From contig JBJMGZ010000079.1 of assembly GCA_045807605.1 (NCBI GenBank), positions 1 to 32,415 on the forward strand: DNA of 32,415 nt. The letters run 5' to 3'. The position numbers and the translations under genes are program-made. The notes under the pieces are model-generated. The model saw nothing but the letters and a program-made list of their open reading frames with translations. It was not told the origin of the DNA and ran no database searches. This DNA is from Thermoanaerobaculia bacterium (GTDB lineage: Bacteria > Acidobacteriota > Thermoanaerobaculia > Multivoradales > UBA5704). This document shows, piece by piece, positions 19,401 to 27,188 of the stretch (its first letter is position 1; the number at the start of each line of letters is the position of its first letter).

Positions 19401-21616
19401 TCGTCCTCGTCCAGCCGCAGCAGGAGCCAGCGCAGGAGCGGCAGGCGCTCGAGGTCGAACGGCCGGCGGATGTCCGCCTGGACGATCCGCAGCGCCACGG
19501 CCTCGCGCTCGGCAGGAGGCACCGCGCGGAGATCCACGACCGGCACCACGGCCGCCCACGGCTCGTGGATCACCTGCACCGGCCCGCCGTCGACCGCCGG
19601 GAACGTGGTGCGCAGCACCTCGTGGCGGCGGACGATCTCGGTGAAGGCGGCCTCCAGGACCGGCAGCCGCAGCGGGCCGCGGAAGCGGACCGTGAACTGG
19701 AAGTTGTAGGCGTAGTTGCCCGGCGAGAGCTGGTTCAGGAACCAGACCCGCTCCTGGGTGAACGAGAGCGGGATCGGCCCGGTCCGGACCTCGCCGGAGA
19801 CCAGCGGCGGCAGCTCCTCGCCGGCACCGCCGCCTTCCTCGCGCAGGCGGTCCAGGCGCGCGGCCAGGGCGGCCACCGTGGGGTGCTCGAAGACGGCCGG
19901 CAGCGGCAGGTCCACTCCCAGCTCCTCGCGCACCCGCGTGACGATTTGCGCGGCGAGCAGCGAGTGGCCGCCCAGCTCGAACAGCGAGTCGAGCGCACCG
20001 ACTCCGTCGATGCCCAGCAGCTCGCCCCAGATCCGCGCCAGCGCCTCTTGCGTGGCGCCGCGGGGCGCCACCCAGTCGTTGTCCAGCTCCGGCCGCGAGC
20101 TGCCCGGCGCCGGCAGGGCCCGGCGGTCCACCTTGCCGGTGGGGGTCATCGGCATGGACTCCAGGAAGACGAACGCCGCCGGCACCATGGCCTCGGGCAG
20201 CCGCTCCGCGAGGAACGCGCGCAGGGCGCTCACCGTCAGGGCCGGATCGCGGCGGACGACGTAGGCGACCAGGCGCTTCGCCCCGCCGTCCTCGCGGGCC
20301 GGCAGCGCCGCGGCGACCGCCGTCTGCACGCCGTCGTGCTCGCCGAGCACGGCCTCGATCTCCCCGAGCTCGATGCGGACGCCGCGGATCTTGACCTGGA
20401 AGTCGACGCGGCCGAGGAAGAGCAGGTCGCCGTCCGGCAGCCGGCGGGCGAGGTCGCCGCTGCGGTACAGCCGGGCTCCGGGATCGACCGAGAACGGATC
20501 GGGGATGAAGCGCTCGGCGGTCAGCTCCGGCCGGTTCAGATAGCCGCGCACGACGCCGACGCCGCCCAGGCAGAGCTCGCCGTCGCCTTCGCCCGCCACC
20601 GTCTCGCCGTCCTGGTCCATCAGGTGGACGGACAGGTTCTCGATCGGGCCGCCCAGGGTGGGGATCCCAGGGCCGGAGCAGAACGCGGCGGTCGCGAAGA
20701 CCGTGGCTTCGGTGGGCGCGTAGGCGTTGATCATCCGGCGCCCTCCCGTCGACCAGCGGGCCGCCGTGGCCGCCGAGCAGGCCTCGCCGCCCACCAGGAT
20801 CGAGCGCAGGCTGGGAAGCTCGTCCTCCATCCCCGCCGGCAGCGTGTCGAGGAGCGACGGCGGCAGGATCATCGTGGTGACGGCCTGCTCGCGCAGCTCG
20901 CGCCCCAGGGCCTCGCCGGAGAGCAGCGTCTCCCGCGGCGTGACCACCAGGCTGGCGCCGCAGGTCAGGGCCGTGAAGATCTCCAGCACCGAGGCGTCGA
21001 ACCCGAGCGAGGCGAGCTGCAGCATCCGGTCGCCGGGACGGACGTCCATCAGCCGGGCGCCCTCGCGGACCACGTTCACCACGCCGCGATGCGGGACGAC
21101 CACGCCCTTGGGCCGGCCGGTCGAGCCGGAGGTGTAGATGACGTAGGCGGTGTTCTCCGGCCCGACCCGGTGGGCCGGAAGCGGGAGGCCTTCCGCGCCT
21201 TGCAGGTCCTCCAGGAACAGCGCGCCGTCGGACGGGAGCAGGCCGGCGAGCGCGCGCTGCGTGAGCAGGACCCCCGGCCGGCCCGGCAGGTTGCCGCGGC
21301 GGGCGTCCTCCCAGATCCAGGCGAGGCGCTCGGCCGGATAGCCGGGGTCGAGCGGGACGTAGGCGCCGCCCGCCCGCAGGATGCCGAGCACGCCGCAGAT
21401 CATGTCGAGCGAGCGCTCGACGGCCAGGCCGACCAGCGTGTCCGGCCCGACTCCGCGGGAGCGCAGGACCGCCGCCACCCTCCCGCTCCTCTCCAGAAGC
21501 TCGCGGCAGGTCAGGCGCGCGGCGCCGAACGCCAGGGCTTCCGCCTCCGGAGTCCGCGCCGCCCGCTCCTCGATCAGATCATGGATGCAACAGGCATCCT
21601 CCAGATTCGACGACAC
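13454..21616 (-). CDS. Starter NRPS, about 2720 aa: A-T-C(ureido-forming type)-A(Leu-like)-T-C-A(Ala)-T
   Basis: The track ORF is 13454..21646. I prefer the in-frame GTG at 21616 because GGAGG (21626-21622) lies 5 nt upstream. The protein begins directly with an A domain. First C motif EHHFVHDG, second HHIVADG. Three GGHSL T domains. A codes by eye: DALILGAVFK (unassigned hydrophobic), DAWFLGHVIK (Leu-like) and DLFNNALTYK (Ala). Confidence 0.96.
17922..17982. repeat. Palindromic REP/RPE-like element (perfect 19-bp inverted repeat, 23-nt spacer) in frame inside an NRPS A domain
   Basis: Left arm CCCCCCGGCCCCCTCTCCC (17922-17940) is the exact reverse complement of right arm GGGAGAGGGGGCCGGGGGG (17964-17982). 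It translates as APRPPLPARPGPPARERGPGG immediately before DLAYVIYTSGST. Confidence 0.8.
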
Positions 21617-21635
21617 CGTATCCTCCATTGTAAGC

Positions 21636-21676
21636 AACAAATTCAACCCGGGGACGCCGGGAGGGGGAACGCCTCC
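21636..21676 (-). terminator. Possible weak intrinsic terminator or attenuator between the selenoprotein gene and the NRPS operon
   Basis: After the TAG on the minus strand there are two short overlapping hairpins, GGAGG-CGTTCCC-CCTCC and CCCGG-CGTCC-CCGGG, followed by TTGAATTTGTT. The stems are only 5 bp and the U tract is interrupted. Confidence 0.25.
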
Positions 21677-21678
21677 GT

Positions 21679-24117
21679 CTACTCATCGCCAAGGAGCCTC
21701 CGGACCTGCTCCGCGAACACCACGCCGTTGAAACGGCGCTCCTTGGGTAGGCCCTGCTTCTCGATCCACATGAAGTAGGGCGGGACGGGTGGTTTCGGCC
21801 CCTCCCACCGGACGCCCGGCGGGAAGATCATGTACGTGTCGTAGGCAGCCTCGTCGTCCACCACGCCCAGCGCCTGCGCCCAGGTGTCCGAGAGGACGTT
21901 GTCGTCGGTCCAGAAGTGAGTCGCCCGCGCGTCCGGGATGTTGACCGTGGCCTTGCGCGCGTCGGCCCCCGTGTCCCCCACCTCCATCGGACCCCAGACG
22001 ACGTAGAGCCGCAGCCGGGGATCGTCGATCGCCTTCATCACGTAGCGGGACACCACACGGGCGTCCTGGAGGCAGACCGGTCACGTCGGGGACAGGAGAA
22101 TGACCAGGCGCAGGTTGCCCTGGTCGCGGTTGAAAAGCTCTTTCAGCTCGTCGCCCCGGCCGGCGAGGAGGTGCAGGTCGGGTTGCGCCGGCTCCGGCCG
22201 GTCCGCGCCCGCCTCGCCGATGCGCTGCAGGGCGAACTCGAAGGTCTTGCCGTCCTCGAGGAGCGTGCCCGAGATCGTGCGGCCGTCCGCCGACAGCTCG
22301 CCGTCGAAGCGGACGTCCACGGCCGCCACCGCGCCCTCGGCCGGACGGTGGATCTCGAACCCCACCTTCCGGTCTTCGCCGACCGACACCGCGCTCAGCG
22401 GCACGAACTGGAGCCCCTGCGTCGGCAGGTCGGCGTCGCCGCTCCAGCCCGCGGGGCCCCCCTGGAACAGCTCCACCATCAGCTCGACCTCCAGCCAGCC
22501 GCGCTGGATGAAGATCACCCCCTCCCACAGGCCCTCGGCGTTGCGCGCGGCAACGGCGGCGGCCGCAGGAGGAGCCGGAGCTGGAATCGGAGCTGGAAGA
22601 GGGGCCTCCGCCGGCGCGGGCTCGGGCGGCGCCGGCATGGTGAAGGCGACCTTGGGCGCCTCGGCGGCGCAGGCGACGTCCAGCCCTTCCGCCGTGCCGC
22701 GGCCCACGAAGCCGGCCAGGATCGACCGCACGCACGGCGAGCGGCCGACATGGGCGCCGCGGCGCAAGACCACGTGCCGCGAGCGGCTCAGGGTGCGCGC
22801 CGCCTGCTCGCCCCAGCGCGGCGGCGTCGCCGGATCGCGGTCGCCGGAGAGCAGGAGCACCGGCACGGCCGAGCGCACGTCCTCGGCGAACCCGGGCGGC
22901 AGCTTGGCGCGCGGCCAGGCCGAGCAGGCCCGCACCTGCTGATCCACCCGGTAGGTGCCGAGGAAGGACCCGCGGGCCAGGCGCTTCGCCTCCTCCGCGT
23001 CGATGAGCGGCACGTCCTCGGCGCAGGTGACCGAGAGGTACGTGCCGAGGCTCAGCGCGGCGCCCGAGGCGAGGGCCCGGCGCTGGCGCAGGATCGTGGC
23101 CGCCAGCTTGTTGAAGTTGCCCTCGTAGGCCTTGTGGATGTACTCGGGGATTGGGCTCGGCGCCTCGGTGTAGAGCCGCCAGCGCAGCTCCTCGTTGAAC
23201 AGGTCGAGCGGGATCGTCAGCTTGACCCGCTTCTTCGTCTTGGGGTCCGCGATCTCGACCACCGCCGGCGCCTTGGCCAGGCGCTCCTGGACCGCGGCGA
23301 GCTTCCGCTTCAGGTCGGGCCAGGCCGCGCGGCAGGCCGCGTCCGCCTCGCACTCGCCGAGCAGCAGGTCGAGCGAGCGCTGCGAGTCCTCGGCGTGGTG
23401 GAGCGGGACCGCGATGTTCGTCGGGGCGACGCCCTGGAGGACCGCGCTCCGCACCCGGTCGGGATGGCTGCGCAGATAGACCAGCGCGATCCGCGAGCCG
23501 TAGGAGACGCCGTACAGGTCGATCTTCGCGGCGCCGAGCGCCGCGCGGACCGCATCCAGGTCCTCCACGGCCTCCGCCGTCGTGTAGAGCGCGGGGTCGC
23601 TGCCGAGCTGGCGGAGCCGCGCCGCGCAGGCGCGCACGGCCTCCAGCGGCAGGAAGTCGCCGAGGTAGCCCTGCGGGTCGTCGTCGCTGCCGGGCAGCGC
23701 GCAGTCGAGCCGGTTCGAGCCGCCGGTGCCGCGCAGGTCCACGAGGACCACGTCGCGCTCGCCGCGCACCCCGCCCAGGAGCTGCGCGAAGATGGCGGCG
23801 TTGGCCACCGCCGACTCCCCCGGGCCACCCGCGACGGCGAAGACCGGATCGGGCGCGGGAGAGGTGCCGCCTGCCGGGCGCGCCGGCAGGACCGCGACGT
23901 TCAGGGAGATCCGATGACCGTCCGGACGCTGCCGATCCTCCGGCACTTCCAGCTTGCCGCAGCGGGCCTCCTCTTCCAGGCCCGGGAGCTTGCAGGGCGC
24001 GAGCGCGAGCCCCGCCGGATCGGCCGCAGCGTTCATCCCTCCCAGGAATCCCAGGAAGACCGTGGCCAGGACCATGCGACGCCTCCGGAGAGCGCCAACA
24101 GCCGATGGGAGAGCCAT
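21679..24117 (-). CDS. Predicted selenoprotein, 812 aa: signal peptide + TAP-like (peptidase S33) alpha/beta-hydrolase + Pro/Ala linker + small beta-rich domain + thioredoxin-fold domain with UxxC (Sec at TGA 22083-22081)
   Basis: Track ORFs 22081..24117 and 21679..22056 are in the same frame, separated by one TGA and 8 sense codons: ...LRLVILLSPT-TGA-PVCLQDAR-VVSRYVMK.... Hydrolase motifs: GGPG, DLRGTGGS, GVSYG (nucleophile Ser, 23497-23511), GDRDPATP (Asp) and GAHV (His). The N-terminus RRRRMVLATVFLGFLGGMNAAA resembles a signal peptide. The hydrolase call alone is very secure; the confidence given is for the readthrough fusion. Confidence 0.85.
22048..22066 (-). promoter_or_regulatory. Candidate bacterial SECIS element
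   Basis: mRNA after the UGA: 14 nt, then stem GGACGCC, loop CGUGU, stem GGUGUCC (7 bp, one G-U pair). The loop begins 21 nt after the UGA and has G in its second position followed by U. This fits the general bacterial SECIS consensus (hairpin just 3' of UGA, G among the first two loop bases). Confidence 0.7.
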
Positions 24118-24123
24118 TTACAA

Positions 24124-24154
24124 ATGCTATACTAACTTGGCCGACAAATTTCAA
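24124..24154 (-). promoter_or_regulatory. Candidate sigma70-type promoter for the selenoprotein gene, possibly giving a leaderless transcript
   Basis: On the minus strand, TTGAAA (24154-24149), a 17-nt spacer, then TATAGC (24131-24126). Alternatively TAGCAT (24129-24124) ends 6 nt before the ATG at 24117. There is no Shine-Dalgarno before this ATG. Confidence 0.35.
24125..24133 (+). promoter_or_regulatory. Candidate extended -10 promoter (TGcTATACT) for the DUF5916 gene
   Basis: TGn-TATACT in the AT-rich divergent intergenic region, about 90 nt upstream of the TTG start. Confidence 0.5.
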
Positions 24155-24222
24155 ATGCCCTGACTGCGCATCAGCAATGGCTCCGTAGTGCGTCCATTTT
24201 TCTGTTCGTAGGAGGACACCGC

Positions 24223-26508
24223 TTGCGCAACGAGAGATCCCGTGCCCGGTTCCCGCTCCTCGCAGCCGCCGCAATCGTTACCGTTGCCGCAGCCGTCGTG
24301 CCTGCCGCGGCGTCCGCCCAGGCGCCGGCCCCGGCCGGCCCGGCGGCCTTCGGTCCGAAGCAGGAGCACGCCATCCGCCCGGCAGCCTCGGAGATCCGGG
24401 TCGACGGCGTTCTCGACGAGGCGGCCTGGGCCGACGCGACCGTCGTGCCGCTCACGCGCGAGTGGTCCCCCGGGGACAACATCGAGGCGCCGGTGGCGAC
24501 CGAATGCCTGGTGACCTTCGACAACGACAACCTCTACGTCGGCTTCCGCGCGCACGACCCGAACCCGGCGCAGATCCGCGCCTACCTGGCCGACCGGGAC
24601 ACGGCCTTCCTGGACGACAGCGTCGGCTTCTTCATCGACACCTTCAACGACCGGCGGCGCGCCTACGAGTTCCGGGTCAACCCGCTGGGCGTGCAGATGG
24701 ACGGCACGGTCAGCGACGTGGAGCAGAGCGAGGACTGGTCCTGGGACGCCATCTGGGACTCCAAGGGCCAGATCACGGCCGACGGCTACGTGGTGGAGAT
24801 CGCGGTGCCCCTCAAGCAGATCCGCTTCCCGCGCGCCGGCGAGAGCCAGACCTGGGGCTTCCTCGCCCTGCGGACCTACCCGCGCTCCGTCGTCCACGAG
24901 ATCCGGTCCACCTACAACAACCGCGAGCAGGAGTGCCAGGTCTGCCAGTTCGAGACCGTCACCGGCTTCCGCAACATCCAGGCGGGCTACAACCTGGAGA
25001 CCACGCCGACGCTCACCGCCAAGCGCACGGACTCGCGGCCGGTCCTGACGGAGCCTCTCGCGAGCGGGGACGAGGAGATCGAGGCCGGCCTGTCGGTGCG
25101 CTGGGGTATCACGCCGAACGTCAGCCTGAACGCGGCGGTGAACCCCGACTTCTCGCAGGTCGAAGCGGACGTGGCGCAGCTCGACGTCAACGAGCGCTTC
25201 GCGCTCTCCTTCCCGGAGAAGCGCCCCTTCTTTCTGGAGGGGGCCGACTTCTTCGACACCCCCTACACGGCGGTCTTCACCCGCACCGTCTTCGATCCGA
25301 CGTTCGGGCTCAAGCTGACCGGCAAGGAGAAGGAGAACGTCTTCGGCGTGTTCCTCACCGAGGACCGGGTCACCAGCCTGCTCGTCCCGGGCCGCGAGAG
25401 CTCGACCCTCTTCACCCTGGACGATACGGTGCGCAGCGGCGTGGTGCGCTACCGCCGCGACCTCGGCAGCGCCTCGACCGTGGGTGTGCTCTACACCGGC
25501 CGGGAGGGCTACAGCTACTCGAACCGGAACTTCGGGTTCGACGGCAGCGTCCGGCTCGCGAAGTCCGACACCATCCGCTTCCAGGCCCTGGGCTCGCGCA
25601 CCGACTACCCGCTCGACATCGCGAAGGCCGCCGGCCAGGACGCCGACCCGTTCAGCGGCGAGGCCGTCGTGGTCGAGTACTCCCACGCCACCCGCAACTG
25701 GCTCTGGCGGGGGAGCTACAACTCGATCGACGACGACTTCCGCGCCGACAGCGGCTTCCTGCCGCAGATCGGCATCGAGGAGCTGGGCGGCCAGCTCCAG
25801 CGCACCTTCTGGGGCCGCAAGGGGGGCTGGTACAGCCGCTTCACGGTGAACCTCAACTCGAGCACCAAGAACGACAAGAGCGGCGAGCTGCTGGAGCAGG
25901 ACTTCAACCTGTTCCTGACCTACAACGGGCCGATGCAGAGCGTCGTGCGGGTGCGCCTGCTGCCGAACAACGAGAGCTTCCGGGGCAACGAGTTCTACAA
26001 CTACCGGCAGGACCTCCTGCTCTCGATCCGGCCGAGCGGCCACCTCGGGCTCTCCTTCTTCCTGCGCGGCGGCGAGATCATGGACTTCACCAACGTCCGC
26101 CAGGTGGACTTCCTCCAGATCCAGCCCTCGCTCGACTTCCGGATCGGCCGCAACATCTCCGGCAACTTCGACTACAACCACCAGGAGTTCGAGACCCGCG
26201 GCCAGCAGTACCTGAAGGCCGTGCTGACCCAGGGCACGCTGCGCTACCACCTCAACGTGCGCACCTTCGTGCGCGCCATCCTCCAGTACCGCGACGTGGA
26301 CCGGGACCTGGCGCTCTTCCGCCCCGGGATCAAGCTGGAGCCGAAGGAGCAGACCTTCTTCTCCCAGTTCCTCTTCTCCTACAAGCTGAACCCCCAGACC
26401 GTGCTGTTCGCGGGCTACTCGGACAACCACCTCGGCACCCAGGAGGTCGACCTCACGCAGAGGGACCGCACGTTCTTCGTGAAGCTGGGTTACGCCGTGC
26501 TGTGGTAG
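24223..26508 (+). CDS. Outer-membrane protein with N-terminal CBM9-like carbohydrate-binding domain and DUF5916-type beta-barrel, 761 aa
   Basis: AGGAGG (24210-24215) lies 7 nt before the TTG. Ala-rich signal peptide. Family-typical motifs IRVDGVLDEAAW, DNLYVGFRAHD, IDTFNDRRRAYEFRVNPLGVQMD and NPDFSQVEAD...FPEKRPFFLEG. The C-terminal amphipathic strand FFVKLGYAVLW ends in an aromatic residue. Strong C/G third-position bias in this frame. Confidence 0.9.
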   Translation: MRNERSRARFPLLAAAAIVTVAAAVVPAAASAQAPAPAGPAAFGPKQEHAIRPAASEIRVDGVLDEAAWADATVVPLTREWSPGDNIEAPVATECLVTFDNDNLYVGFRAHDPNPAQIRAYLADRDTAFLDDSVGFFIDTFNDRRRAYEFRVNPLGVQMDGTVSDVEQSEDWSWDAIWDSKGQITADGYVVEIAVPLKQIRFPRAGESQTWGFLALRTYPRSVVHEIRSTYNNREQECQVCQFETVTGFRNIQAGYNLETTPTLTAKRTDSRPVLTEPLASGDEEIEAGLSVRWGITPNVSLNAAVNPDFSQVEADVAQLDVNERFALSFPEKRPFFLEGADFFDTPYTAVFTRTVFDPTFGLKLTGKEKENVFGVFLTEDRVTSLLVPGRESSTLFTLDDTVRSGVVRYRRDLGSASTVGVLYTGREGYSYSNRNFGFDGSVRLAKSDTIRFQALGSRTDYPLDIAKAAGQDADPFSGEAVVVEYSHATRNWLWRGSYNSIDDDFRADSGFLPQIGIEELGGQLQRTFWGRKGGWYSRFTVNLNSSTKNDKSGELLEQDFNLFLTYNGPMQSVVRVRLLPNNESFRGNEFYNYRQDLLLSIRPSGHLGLSFFLRGGEIMDFTNVRQVDFLQIQPSLDFRIGRNISGNFDYNHQEFETRGQQYLKAVLTQGTLRYHLNVRTFVRAILQYRDVDRDLALFRPGIKLEPKEQTFFSQFLFSYKLNPQTVLFAGYSDNHLGTQEVDLTQRDRTFFVKLGYAVLW

Positions 26509-26509
26509 G

Positions 26510-27151
26510 TCACTGCTTGCCGGGCCCGAGCCGCCAGCCGAGGACCAGGCTGGCCTCGGGCCCCGAGGCGTCGTAGATCACGGTCAGGTTGTCCCCCTGG
26601 TCCACCTTGTCGTCGGAAAAGAGGTACCGGTACCGGGCTTCGGGCCGGACGAAGAGGCTCTTGCCGAGGTCCCACTCGTACGCGACGCCGGCGTGCGCCG
26701 TGAAGATGTTCCGGGTGCTGGTGTCCGAGAACGACTCGCCGAAGAGGCTGGAGGTGAAACGGGCCTCCAGCCGCGACATCCCGCCGCCGCCGAAGACCAG
26801 GAACCCGCGTTCCCGCGTCCACGGATACCACTGCGCCGAGAGGTCGAGATGAAGGATCTGGAGCTCGAACTTGAAATCCAGGGTCGGGAAATCGGGCTCG
26901 TCGTTCTCCGGCAGGGTGTCCGACAGGTCGGACCGGCTCAGGGCGGCCTCGAGGGCGAAGGAGGGGCTGAGGAGGTGGCCGGCGCGGACCCCGAACACCT
27001 GGGCGTTGTCGACCGTCTCGTCCTCCGCGGGATCGAAGGCGCCGCCCGCGACGCCGAACCACGTCTCGGCCCGCGCCGGCGCCGGGGCCATCCCCCAGGC
27101 CAGCGCCAGGGCCAACAGAGATCCCTTCACCCATTTCGGCTGTGCAAGCAT
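26510..27151 (-). CDS. Small outer-membrane beta-barrel protein (OmpA-like transmembrane / porin family), 213 aa
   Basis: AGAGGAG lies 5 nt before the ATG. Signal peptide ending APARA. Alternating amphipathic strands FGVRAGHLL, FALEAALS, FLVFGGGG, AHAGVAYEW, FVRPEARYRY and ASLVLGWRL. Confidence 0.85.
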   Translation of the reverse strand: MLAQPKWVKGSLLALALAWGMAPAPARAETWFGVAGGAFDPAEDETVDNAQVFGVRAGHLLSPSFALEAALSRSDLSDTLPENDEPDFPTLDFKFELQILHLDLSAQWYPWTRERGFLVFGGGGMSRLEARFTSSLFGESFSDTSTRNIFTAHAGVAYEWDLGKSLFVRPEARYRYLFSDDKVDQGDNLTVIYDASGPEASLVLGWRLGPGKQ

Positions 27152-27188
27152 GGACGCTCCTCTATGGACTGCTTCTGGAGAGCATAGC

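Noticed and set aside
21617-21646. TTG at 21646 or ATG at 21628 as NRPS start; TACAAT as a -10 box
   Set aside because: Only the GTG at 21616 has a properly spaced GGAGG. A transcript from TACAAT would begin within or after that SD, so I did not call a promoter.
21679-22056. Independent 125-aa gene as given by the ORF track
   Set aside because: It has no SD, it would start after the active-site strand and xxC motif, and it is in frame with the upstream ORF across a single TGA. It is better explained as the C-terminus of a selenoprotein.
21683-26576. Overlapping ORFs 21683..24274 (-), 21916..24135 (+), 24151..26430 (-) and 24462..26576 (+)
   Set aside because: Alternative-frame or antisense shadows of the hydrolase and DUF5916 genes.
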